DNA from: Octopus bimaculoides
Taxonomy: Eukaryota
DNA length: 33,300 nt
Direction: 5' to 3'
NCBI RefSeq assembly: GCF_001194135.2
Contig: NC_068987.1
Location: 105,915,963 to 105,949,262, forward strand
Shown one piece after another: positions 22,309 through 33,300 of the stretch. Both the position numbers and the translations under genes were made by a program. The notes beneath the pieces were generated by a model. The model was not told the DNA's origin. It did no database searches and saw only the letters and a list, made by a program, of their open reading frames with translations. Each line of letters opens with the position of its first letter. Position 1 is the first letter of the stretch.

Positions 22309-22504
22309 AACAACAGACAAGATGAGGACAAATATCCGTCAAATGTAAATAATGTAAATAATGCACATAATTCCTCACCTCACAAATATAGAACTGTATT
22401 TCGTTTACTATTTGACGTTTGAAATAATGCAATAAGCATCTATATTTGATAAAAATGAAATGACTTGAAATTATTAATTTACGTGGTAATGTGTGATGGT
22501 GCAT

Positions 22505-22708
22505 AAGGCGGCGATACGGCTTAACCGTTAGCATGCCGGACAAAATGCTTGTTCATCTTTACCTTCTGAGTTCAAATACCACCGAGATCGAATTTACTTT
22601 TCATCCTTTCGGGATCGATAAAATAAGCACCTGCTGAATACTGAGGTCGATGTAATCGACTTAACCCCTCCCACGAAATTGGTGACCTTGTGACAATATT
22701 TAAAATCA
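22505..22708 (+). mobile_element. SINE family C with 16-bp target-site duplication
   Basis: Body matches 12151. Flanked by ATGTGTGATGGTGCAT (22489-22504) and ATATGTGATGGCGCAT (22709-22724). Confidence 0.88.
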
Positions 22709-23105
22709 ATATGTGATGGCGCATGTGAAAACCTGTCTGATGTCGCAAAATAAACAGCTGAGAAAAACGGCGTCAAAATCAATAGAAGATGCTTTATATA
22801 CTAGCTGTGGCAAATGACTATAACTTGAATACCAGGTGTCATATTCATTTTTGAATGAGAAAAGGCTAACGTTGTGAACAGTTTTTTTTTTCTCAGATTT
22901 GTCTCAACTTCAAACACTGTTTTCTCAAATAAGGCCTATTATCTGGATCTGCCGAGAAAAATGGCAGATCCCGATCAAATATACAGATACTTGAATAGTT
23001 TAAAGTGCGCTGAAATCTGTGAGTTATGCCCTTTCTGGAGTAAATATAAAACACCATTGCAATTTTTTCCCTGGGTTAATGATTTACCCATGCGCCATCA
23101 CATAT
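22709..23105. mobile_element. Possible MITE-like element with 17-bp terminal inverted repeats
   Basis: ATATGTGATGGCGCATG (22709-22725) and its exact reverse complement CATGCGCCATCACATAT (23089-23105); internal hairpin GATCTGCC-9nt-GGCAGATC. Confidence 0.4.
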
Positions 23106-23632
23106 GTTCATGTACAGAAAGATATTAGACCAGTTAAATGTATACGCTTGTACTGTGCCAGAAGTTTTGTCAACAGTTTCTTCAGACGATTGAATTCAAA
23201 ACCCATTTGACAGGTCAATCAAACTTTATTCATGTCGTATACTGTAGTAGTGAATGCAATCAAAATTAACAGGTTAAATACAGCACTAATAAAATAAAGA
23301 GTTGATTGCAATAACACTTGGATCTACTTGTTAGCCGTACGGCGAAAAGAACCAGGGTATCATGAGAGGGGGAAACACCAACACCGGCAATCTTGCTAAA
23401 ATAGAAATTGAATGAAAAAGTTGATCACTGGTTGCTCACTGGTTTAAAATCATCTTTATTAAATCGAACACGAATGTAACATTTTACATCTTATTTTTCT
23501 TTTGTAAAATGTCATTCAAACTGAAGATAAAATTGTAAGAGTGAAAAAATGCTCATCTGTTCTAAAGCGAGGACTTTTTTAACAAAAAGAAGAGTTACTA
23601 TTTCGATATAGCATTGCGTGAATATTACCTAC

Positions 23633-23789
23633 CTGAATATTCTGAAGACCTTGCCCATGTATATGGTTATCTGTGACTGCACTCTTTTCCCAACATAATG
23701 GGATACATGGTTATTTCTTGATACACTTGAAAATCTGGTTGACAGCTGATGATATTCTGTTTGCTTTATGTGCAGCAACAACTCATCAT
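23633..23789 (-). CDS. Candidate internal exon of an unidentified host gene (157 nt, phase 1 to phase 2)
   Basis: Pyrimidine tract, CTCAG acceptor and CAG|GTAGGT donor; one frame is open throughout (xDELLLHIKQTEYHQLSTRFSSVSRNNHVSHYVGKRVQSQITIYMGKVFRIF). No family recognised. Confidence 0.25.
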
Positions 23790-24009
23790 CTGAGTCCGTA
23801 AACATACACAGGATAAAACGAAAAGGACAATCTCAGCTTATGACGCTTCATTAGTTTTGCATTAGTAAACAGATGAGAAAACGAGTCTGGACGAAAAACG
23901 TTTTCCAGTTTGTTAAAAGCTTTTGCTTCAAAGCATACCTGACCGCATTACTGCTCTACTGGAAACAAAACAATATGATATTAGTTATTGATTTCAAATG
24001 TTGATAGAT

Positions 24010-24187
24010 AGCCTGCAGTTTCGGAGGAATGGGGCACGATGTTCAACTGGTGTTCAACTGATACTTATTCTATTAAACCTGAAAGGTAAAGTCGACCTCG
24101 GTGGAGCTTGAACTTAGAATGCAATGGCTGACGAAATACCGCTAAGCATTTTGCCCGACATGATAAAGCATCTGCCAGTTCGTCATC
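24010..24187 (-). mobile_element. SINE family C (diverged)
   Basis: Plus strand AAAGTCGACCTCGGTGGA-CTTGAACT-AGAA...GACGAAATACCGCTAAGCATTT is the reverse complement of the family C head. Confidence 0.85.
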
Positions 24188-24511
24188 AATAATATTGATA
24201 ATTGTACATTTGTAAACAACTATCTGTGTATTTTATTTTCTAAGGATTTCCTTGTTTGTCATCGAACCAACAATTACACCGTAAACTCGTATTTTACTCA
24301 GTGCATTTAGTCGTTTGCTTTTTGTAAACAAATTGTTCAAACAAAGTGCTACGGGAAGCTAAAGACATTTTGACTAAATTGGGTTGAGTTGTAGCATACA
24401 GACCACAATAACAACACCGAAGCCATTAGAAATAACAACGAAAACCTCTTTTAGAGCTAAGACAACATATTGCTTCATAATGTTGGCACAGATACACTGA
24501 GATATATTATG

Positions 24512-24552
<41 letters not shown>

Positions 24553-25441
24553 NNNNNNNNNNNNNNNNNNNNNNNNNNNNNNNNNNNNNNNNNNNNNNNN
24601 NNNNNNNNNNNNNNNNNNNNNNNNNNNNNNNNNNNNNNNNNNNNNNNNNNNNNNNNNNNNNNNNNNNNNNNNNNNNNNNNNNNNNNNNNNNNNNNNNNNN
24701 NNNNNNNNNNNNNNNNNNNNNNNNNNNNNNNNNNNNNNNNNNNNNNNNNNNNNNNNNNNNNNNNNNNNNNNNNNNNNNNNNNNNNNNNNNNNNNNNNNNN
24801 NNNNNNNNNNNNNNNNNNNNNNNNNNNNNNNNNNNNNNNNNNNNNNNNNNNNNNNNNNNNNNNNNNNNNNNNNNNNNNNNNNNNNNNNNNNNNNNNNNNN
24901 NNNNNNNNNNNNNNNNNNNNNNNNNNNNNNNNNNNNNNNNNNNNNNNNNNNNNNNNNNNNNNNNNNNNNNNNNNNNNNNNNNNNNNNNNNNNNNNNNNNN
25001 NNNNNNNNNNNNNNNNNNNNNNNNNNNNNNNNNNNNNNNNNNNNNNNNNNNNNNNNNNNNNNNNNNNNNNNNNNNNNNNNNNNNNNNNNNNNNNNNNNNN
25101 NNNNNNNNNNNNNNNNNNNNNNNNNNNNNNNNNNNNNNNNNNNNNNNNNNNNNNNNNNNNNNNNNNNNNNNNNNNNNNNNNNNNNNNNNNNNNNNNNNNN
25201 NNNNNNNNNNNNNNNNNNNNNNNNNNNNNNNNNNNNNNNNNNNNNNNNNNNNNNNNNNNNNNNNNNNNNNNNNNNNNNNNNNNNNNNNNNNNNNNNNNNN
25301 NNNNNNNNNNNNNNNNNNNNNNNNNNNNNNNNNNNNNNNNNNNNNNNNNNNNNNNNNNNNNNNNNNNNNNNNNNNNNNNNNNNNNNNNNNNNNNNNNNNN
25401 NNNNNNNNNNNNNNNNNNNNNNNNNNNNNNNNNNNNNNNNN
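24553..25441. other. Assembly gap (889 N) flanked on both sides by (TA)n
   Basis: Directly visible; ORFs spanning it are artefacts. Confidence 0.99.
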
Positions 25442-25472
<31 letters not shown>

Positions 25473-25611
25473 ACACACATACATAGAGGCACAGCTATAC
25501 ATACATACACACGTGTGTGCGTATGTATAGCGGAGTTGGTCAGGCTGAAAGGTTTTGATCATATGTCTGTTTGATCAGTGTTGACTTGAGGCTAATGACA
25601 ACAAGAACAAC

Positions 25612-25626
25612 AAACACCATCACCAT

Positions 25627-25675
<49 letters not shown>

Positions 25676-25702
25676 GCTACTACTACTACTTCTACTACTA
25701 CA
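25612..25702. repeat. (CAC/CAT)n-(TAC)n trinucleotide microsatellite
   Basis: Directly visible. Confidence 0.92.
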
Positions 25703-26153
25703 ACACTTCCACATCACTTGTGTGTATAAGTTCAATGAAGCAATGCAACTGTTTTTACGTAAAGATTGAAATAAATAAATTTCTACTTATTTCTCTCTTC
25801 CCACCTTGCACAGCGTTGAGCCTCCCCACATCTTCCCCTACTCATCCTCGCTACCACCTCACACCTCCATTTCCATTTACTTTCGATTCTTTTTTTCTTT
25901 TCTTATTTACTTTTCTTTCTGCTTTTTTTCTTTACGTTTCTCTTTCTCGCCTCCTCTTTATAAAGACGTACATTTTGTATACGTAAATACATCTATCCAC
26001 ACCAATATATCTATCTACGTACCACACACACACATACACACACACAATACATATCTATCTATCTATCTATCTATCTATCTACACACTAACATACCTGGAA
26101 TATGATGCATATATTATATCCATCTATAGAAATGTATATATATATATATATAT

Positions 26154-26826
26154 NNNNNNNNNNNNNNNNNNNNNNNNNNNNNNNNNNNNNNNNNNNNNNN
26201 NNNNNNNNNNNNNNNNNNNNNNNNNNNNNNNNNNNNNNNNNNNNNNNNNNNNNNNNNNNNNNNNNNNNNNNNNNNNNNNNNNNNNNNNNNNNNNNNNNNN
26301 NNNNNNNNNNNNNNNNNNNNNNNNNNNNNNNNNNNNNNNNNNNNNNNNNNNNNNNNNNNNNNNNNNNNNNNNNNNNNNNNNNNNNNNNNNNNNNNNNNNN
26401 NNNNNNNNNNNNNNNNNNNNNNNNNNNNNNNNNNNNNNNNNNNNNNNNNNNNNNNNNNNNNNNNNNNNNNNNNNNNNNNNNNNNNNNNNNNNNNNNNNNN
26501 NNNNNNNNNNNNNNNNNNNNNNNNNNNNNNNNNNNNNNNNNNNNNNNNNNNNNNNNNNNNNNNNNNNNNNNNNNNNNNNNNNNNNNNNNNNNNNNNNNNN
26601 NNNNNNNNNNNNNNNNNNNNNNNNNNNNNNNNNNNNNNNNNNNNNNNNNNNNNNNNNNNNNNNNNNNNNNNNNNNNNNNNNNNNNNNNNNNNNNNNNNNN
26701 NNNNNNNNNNNNNNNNNNNNNNNNNNNNNNNNNNNNNNNNNNNNNNNNNNNNNNNNNNNNNNNNNNNNNNNNNNNNNNNNNNNNNNNNNNNNNNNNNNNN
26801 NNNNNNNNNNNNNNNNNNNNNNNNNN
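26154..26826. other. Assembly gap (673 N) flanked by (TA)n
   Basis: Directly visible. Confidence 0.99.
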
Positions 26827-26871
<45 letters not shown>

Positions 26872-27194
26872 ACGTATATACAAATATATAGATATTTCTA
26901 TATATGTCTATTTTTCTCATTCATTTCTAATTCCGTGTCCCTTAAAGACTATGTCTAAACTCCGAGTTCTCACTCCCTCTCTCTCTCTCTCTTCTCTCTC
27001 TCTTTCTCTCTCTCTCCCCCGTTTCTCCTCATTCATTCTATTTACCTCCCACTCCAGTCCTGCTTCCATTTTGTGTATATGCTCACCTGTGAGTCAAGAA
27101 GCGTTACATAAGCACCAACACTATTGCAAACAGCATCATCGGACGTCTATACTTCCTCTTTTTTTTTACCTCCCTCACTTCCTCCTTCCCCTCA

Positions 27195-27600
27195 TCATAT
27201 CACCATCATCATCATCATCATCATCATCGTCATCATCGTTATCATCATTGTCATCATCACAATCATCATCGTCATCACCATCATTGTCATCATTGTCGTT
27301 GTTGTCACCCTCATCCTCATCATCGTTATCGTCAGCGTCAGCATCATCATCGTCCTCACAACCACTGTGGCTACAGTATTCCTTAGTACCGACACCATCA
27401 CAAGGCTGTGATCACCAGAAACCACAACCGCCACCACAACCGCCACCACATCCATTCCAGCCGCCTCCTGTCTCAATCACCAAGACCACCACCGCAACGG
27501 TTCATCGCCAACTCAGACTACAATCCTCAGCACAAACGTCACGGAGACCATCATCATCATCATCGTCGTCAACACCATCCCACACAGCAAAACAACATTA
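27195..27600. repeat. Degenerate (CAT/CGT/CAC)n trinucleotide low-complexity tract
   Basis: Directly visible; produces poly-S, poly-I, poly-M and poly-H pseudo-ORFs. Confidence 0.9.
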
Positions 27601-27749
27601 ACAACAGCGCCACACTTACAAGTTCCTTCGCCACAACAGTCTTTATCAACATCACGTCATGTGACTTGATTTGAATTTTATTTCGCATCATTGATTTATT
27701 AATCACACCATCCTACCAAAATTACCCTGCCCCATCTAGCTTCCCTCTC

Positions 27750-27802
27750 ATCCATTCACACACACATATACACACCCACACGCACACGCACGAAGGCTCG
27801 CG

Positions 27803-27844
<42 letters not shown>

Positions 27845-28357
27845 AAGTAAGTAAATAATTCGCGCCTCATTTCGTTCCGATATCGATCTAAAGTTTATCA
27901 CCAAATCTAGCTGGAAATTATTAAATGATTATACATACATACACCCACCCACACACGCATATATATATATATATATATATGTGCATGTCTACCTATAAAA
28001 ATAGATGTGTGTGTATGTATTCGTGCGTGTATACGTAAATCTCAATACGTCTATGAAGTTCTGAATGTATGTGGGCATTTTGACACAGACACACAAACCA
28101 ATACACTAACACATGCACGCGCCCAAACGTGTGTGCTTGTGTTTGGATTCTCTGTTTGTACGTCTGTGTTTGTATAATTAGAACTAAAATATTTAAGTAT
28201 GTAGCGGTTGATTGCATGTCTATGTATGTAGGTATGTATGTATGTAGGTATGTAGGTATGTATGCATGCATATATGTTTGTACGTAGTTATGACTGTGTG
28301 TATGTGCACATGTGTTTCTGATAGGAGGCAGGTGTGTGTGTATGTATATATATCTGT

Positions 28358-28401
<44 letters not shown>

Positions 28402-28582
28402 GAGAGAAGCCGTTTATTAAAGTTTAGATAAATGAGAATTGCAAAAGGAAAGAATATGGTATATCTATTTGTATGAGCTTTCAGGAACATTTATCAACAC
28501 AGAGGCTCACCCACACTCACTGTCACACACATGCAAATGTACGTGTCTCTACCCCCCTCTCTCTCTCTCTCTGAATGTCTGA

Positions 28583-28624
<42 letters not shown>

Positions 28625-29174
28625 GGAGAGGGGCAGACGAAGACAGGGAAAGAGCTATTAAAATCAAATGAAACCTTATCTGATAAGTACTCAATATGTA
28701 TAGTGAAGATAAATATTTATTATATAGTATACACACACACACGCACACACACATACATACGCACACCTAAGACTCTCCCCTCACGCGCATATATGCATCT
28801 GTACGTGTCTTGCATGTATGTGTGTGTGTGTGTGTATGTGTGTATACTTGTTTTTATTTGTGCCTGAGTTTTATCTACTGTTCATCTACTCATCCAATAT
28901 ATACACGTAGACGCCAAATGGTTTCTATATTTGTACAAGCCGTAATTAGAGTGTACATAATATTTAATATATACATTATATATACAATCATTAATCATTA
29001 TAAATTAAACAAATAGCCACTGTATACACACTAAACACAGCATCCGTAAACACTAAAACGTCATTTAACATACTCTATGCATTCTTAGAATTTCCCACGC
29101 ACACTCAAACAAACATATATGCACACACATGCTCACACGTACACACAGTAATATATACGCACATACACGAACAG

Positions 29175-29211
<37 letters not shown>

Positions 29212-29300
29212 TGTGTGTATGTATGTGTATTTGTGTTTGTATGATAATTGTGCATAACAATATACTCACTAAACGCATATTTAAAATAATGTTCATACTC
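27750..29300. repeat. Extended field of (CA)n/(TG)n/(TA)n/(CT)n/(TATG)n microsatellites
   Basis: Directly visible. Confidence 0.9.
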
Positions 29301-29624
29301 ACATACAGACATATAAAGCTATCGTACCTGCGTAACTTTACGGTGTATATATTTACCTCTTGTCGAAGTTAAGATTTTGACTCAACACGGGTTTTACACC
29401 ACCTGAACAGAAGCATATTTGGGGAGACACACACTGTATAATGAATATGTGAAAATAAAATAACGCGTTGTTTTAGTGACGCTAAAGGAACGCTGAACAT
29501 ACTTTCTAAAGTCACTCTTCAAAGTTATTTTCCTTAAATTCGTCGAACATACTTGAGTACTTAAGAAGTATTTGTATCGTCAGGGTTCAAGAAAACAATA
29601 TAGGTTAACGTAAATCCTTTCTTA

Positions 29625-29818
29625 GCCTCAAGTTTGGGGGAGGGGGATAGTCGATTTCATCGACCCCAGTGTTTCACTGGTACTTAAATTATCGACCTCG
29701 AAAGGATGAACGGCAAGATTGACCTCTGAGGAATTTGAACTCAGAACGTTGCGGCAGACGAAATACTGCTAAGCATTTCGTCCGACGTGCTCACGATACT
29801 GTCAGCTTGCCGCCGTTA
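29625..29818 (-). mobile_element. SINE family C
   Basis: Reverse complement matches 12151-12340, including GGGGTCGATGAAATCGACT. Confidence 0.9.
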
Positions 29819-31785
29819 GATTAACATAAATCAATAGACCGAAGTCCACACTTCAAAATGGAAAGTAAGCATAGTTATATAAATCCTTGTTCAAAGTTTA
29901 AATTAACAAAAGCAGTAATTACTTTTTTTTCAACATAGTAAACTAAGCTCAAATCACGCTGTGGTTGACATTGCATCTCTTGGATTTGGAATAGATAAAA
30001 CAATTGTGTACAAATCCAACACAATAATGAAAATACTTCTTGAGAAAAACTCATGAATATGATTGAAAAATATTTAGTTTACAGGAAATGTTTTACCTTT
30101 CTTGAGTATATTGCTAGTTTTTCAGAGTAAGTATGCATATTTCTTTGAAGGGATAATCATTCATGTTCATAGCTCTCTAGTGTCCAAAACTTTAAAGCAT
30201 TAAATAAGAGAGAAAAAAATGAAAAATAAAATTTCTTTTACACTATCAATATCCAGGAAATAGCGATTTCCGGGAATTTTGGAAACTCTAATAAGTATAT
30301 ATGATCCATTTACAATGATCTTTATTGCATCGTGATGTCAACAATCAGAATTAAGCAATGTGATTAATGAGGAATGGAAAAATCTGACACGGATTCATGC
30401 ATTACCGAAATGAAGAAATGAATGCTTCAAAACAGCTAAATCATAAATCATGAAATCTGTATGTAATGTAGTAAAGGTATGATACATGTTAAAACTAAAT
30501 GTATTCCTAATCCCGTTCTCAGACATGATAAAAGTCCTTCGTATAAAATCCAACATTTTGATAAGAAATTTTATTTTCCGAGGATGAAGTGTTATACAAG
30601 CTCTCATTAAAAAGCAAACACGCAAAAAAACAAAACAAAACAAAACAAAAAAAACCCCAAAAAATCTTTTGATACAATCGATTTATGTAATGTTAGTATG
30701 TTATTTTTTCTGCAAAATAGGGGTAGTTTATCCTGTTCAGGCTATATTATTAGCATTATCCTGTGATTGAGAATTTAAAATCACTTCTTTAACTTTCTAA
30801 GACATCTCAACGCTTCTAAAAGTAAACTTCGTTTGCTTGTTTATGTTTATCGTAATTTAAATTTAAAAATGATAAAATATTAAGATTAAGTTAGCATTTT
30901 TAATTATTTTCAAGCATGCACTTATTCTTTCAGTAATTCAGGAAAAAGGAGTTAGACTGCTACTATCCTTCTTATTACTCAATTCGAGTCAATATATAGA
31001 CGTCAGCCTTTAACTCTTCCGTGACTAAAGTATTTTCTACCTTCCAGAAACTTAACATGTGAATCTGCGTCTTATAATACTGAATGTGGAAGGGCTGGGG
31101 CTGCTATATCCTACCTGGTATAGAGAAAGAGCTCTGCCAATACACGTGGATAATATAATCCTCAATACACTATTCCAGAAATAAAAAGATGGAATGATTA
31201 CGATTTTAAATCCTCTGGTCATTGGTTGGCTTAATCAAGACTAATATGGGCCTCAGTAGCAATGAGTGGAGGTCTGTGACCACTCGAACCTCGACGAAAG
31301 CTTTTCTCGGTACATGTCATACACTAACTCAAGTAGTTTGAACACGTCAATAAATCAATAAAACCAAACGATAAAAATATACATATATTAAAATACAACA
31401 GGAATATAAACCGTTTTGAGAAGCCAGCCAACGGCGAAATTTCTATCTGGCAGTTGAAGCTGCTACGAACAGCAGTTAAATATCCATCCTATCAGTTCCT
31501 ACCATTAATATTTTTTTTATTTTAAAGAATATATACATTGAACAATGTATTGGTATATATACCATGTCTTCCAGAATTGGGATGCGGCAATTCCAAGAAG
31601 GGTATACAATAAAATTGATTCATTATCTTTTGTTACTAAATTCAAACATAAATGAAATCCTTTATGTAATTAACAGCTCTATTCACTCAAAGAAAAGACG
31701 AGCATCACAACTCGTTACAGAAAATAATTGAACTTCAATTTCATATTGATTTTTGAACAGTAAACATGCCCTGGATGTAGTTATT

Positions 31786-31968
31786 TTCTTCTTCTTCTTC
31801 TTCTTCTTCTTCTTCTTCTTCTTCTTCTTCTTCTTCTTCTTCTTCTTCTTCTTCTTCTTCTTCTTCTTCTTCTTCTTCTTCTTCTTCTTCTTCTTCTTCT
31901 TCTTCTTCTTCTTCTTCTTCTTCTTCTTCTTCTTCTTCTTCTTCTTCTTCTTCTTCTTCTTCTTCTTC
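31786..31968. repeat. Pure (TTC)61 / (GAA)61 tract abutting the 3' end of a Dong-type element
   Basis: 183 bp uninterrupted by my count; the poly-E and poly-F ORFs are artefacts. Confidence 0.97.
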
Positions 31969-31970
31969 TT

Positions 31971-32647
31971 GTCTTTGCACAGCTTCTAACGCTGGAAATG
32001 TACTACGGTGTCTGCTGTTCACTACCAGTAAACCAAGGTAACACCCATTATTTTTCGAGCTCCATCCGGAGTATTCGGGCGGTTCTAAGCAGTGAAAATT
32101 TCTGCAAGTGCTCCACCCTTATTGCAGTCACTGTTTGTTCCATGTGCTTCTCAAGGTTTCAACTCACTGTTCCCAGGGCTCCGACAATTATTGTTACTAC
32201 TACCTCAGCGACCACAACTGCTTAACATCCCAAGCGAACCTGTCATATCTCTCGACTTTTCTTTCTTCCTTATCGCATATCTTGTCAGCTGGGCCTGCTA
32301 TATCTATGATCCAGCATCGTTTTCTTTCTTTCTCAATTAATACTATGTCTGGCTTCCTATTCTCTATCTCATGGTCGTACTGAATCATAAAATCCCATAG
32401 GATCTTTGCATTATCATTTTCGATGATGCATTTTTTGCTTTATCAAGCCCATGCTTGTTTCAAAGTGTCCAATGCACAATCGTAGCTACTATAACATGAC
32501 ATCTCTTATTTTCTTTCTAGGCTATTGGTGTACATTGACTGGTAATATGCCATACGGTTTCACCATTTTGTCCACAAATTCTGCCCTTATCACTTTCTGA
32601 TGTGTTGTCTATTCTGTATTCGTTGTAGTTAGTTCTTAATTGGTTCC

Positions 32648-32650
<3 letters not shown>
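31971..32650 (-). mobile_element. 5'-truncated R4/Dong-type element: CCHC finger, REL endonuclease, 3' UTR
   Basis: LRTNY..RIDNTSESDKGRICGQNGETVWHITSQC (CCHC, first C mutated), ILWDF, IENRKPDIVLIEKERKRCWIIDIA (PD..D catalytic), LLRTARILR then stop and a short UTR. Confidence 0.92.
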
Positions 32651-32688
<38 letters not shown>

Positions 32689-33031
32689 GCATGAAAACTT
32701 ATAGCTTATTTTGCTGGGTATGATGAAGTGTCAACTGTGCACAACCAGCAGACTAAAGTAACACTAGTTATCTGGCTTCAAGAACCCTGTGGAGAATTCT
32801 TGCAGTTCCAAGCAATGCTGATTTTTTTAGGTGTTCTACCTTTACATTTGTACCAATCTTTTTCAGCCATATTGGTAGTTGAGTGCTGATACTTCCAAGC
32901 GCACCAATTACTATTGGTATCACGTCTACTCTCTTCATTGACTACAACCTTCGTATTTCCCACTTTAAATCGTCATAGTTGTTTATGTTTTCTCCTTCTT
33001 TCACATTGATCCTGTTGTCACCTAGGCATGC
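32689..33031 (-). mobile_element. Second 5'-truncated R4/Dong-type element (different subfamily), C-terminus and 3' UTR
   Basis: ACLGDNRINVKEGENINNYDDLKWEIRRL*SMKRVDVIPIVIGALGSIS..KSALLGTARILHRVLEAR*; bounded by (ATT)11 at 32656-32688 and (ATT)20 at 33033-33092. Confidence 0.92.
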
Positions 33032-33032
33032 T

Positions 33033-33092
<60 letters not shown>

Positions 33093-33300
33093 TTATGTTT
33101 GACTTTTGTTTTGCATTTGTACAAGTTGGATCCAAGTCTCACCCAGAGACCTCAAGAGACAACAAGTTAGAAGTTCATGTAGGTGTTATGCCTAGGGTAC
33201 CATATATTTGGATTTGTACAGTTTTGTTCAAGTGAATGTTTAAGAAACCATAAGAAAATTATGTTTGCTTTAAAATTTGAGATCACATAGACAGTATTTT
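33093..33300 (-). mobile_element. Probable 3' end / UTR of a third R4/Dong-type element (runs off window)
   Basis: Minus strand begins AAA ATA CTG TCT ATG TGA (KILSM*, comparable to the RILR/RILH ends of the other two), then about 190 nt of UTR and a (TAA)n tail. Confidence 0.6.

Larger units (their letters stand above)
21953..22363. mobile_element. Composite non-autonomous element: about 130-bp inverted arms (21953-22081 / 22234-22363), each with a hammerhead motif, enclosing (GTT)n(ATT)n and a tRNA-like head
   Basis: Arms are clear reverse complements. Both read CCTGATGAAGGCTGGAGAGTA-ATCA-C-GAAACGTTG outward. Confidence 0.85.

Noticed and set aside
24374-27601. Long ORFs (265-499 aa) in the track
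   Set aside because: They consist of N-gap X runs, (TA)n and (CAT)n repeats; no coding signal.
31741-32022. Poly-Glu / poly-Phe ORFs
   Set aside because: Translation of the (TTC)61 microsatellite.

Overview
Eukaryotic, AT-rich, repeat-dense, apparently non-coding DNA. The SINE and LINE families and microsatellite load resemble octopus (coleoid cephalopod) genomic sequence; this is inference from recalled repeats, not a database hit. No intact protein-coding gene can be supported. Nearly all ORFs in the track are microsatellite, N-gap or decayed-retroelement artefacts. Content: four tRNA-derived SINE families (about 14 copies); six fragments of R4/Dong-type restriction-like-endonuclease (REL) non-LTR retrotransposons, three of them stacked at the right end and separated by (TAA)n; a decayed L1/Tx1-type ORF2; a possible LINE ORF1 zinc-knuckle remnant; many microsatellites; and two (TA)n-flanked assembly gaps. 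Most notable: three sequence-unrelated families of minimal type I hammerhead-ribozyme (HHR) motifs, each with a palindromic helix III, the dimer-cleaving type known from Penelope-like elements. They are (i) a near-canonical GUC HHR at 20103-20161; (ii) a variant with the core C3-G8 pair swapped to G3-C8 inside a 97-bp-arm palindrome at 7580-7834; and (iii) an inverted-repeat element at 21953-22363 with two HHR motifs flanking a tRNA-like Pol III head, plus a dispersed copy at about 4290-4460. All folds were derived by eye and none is experimentally tested. Coordinates of decayed repeats are approximate.
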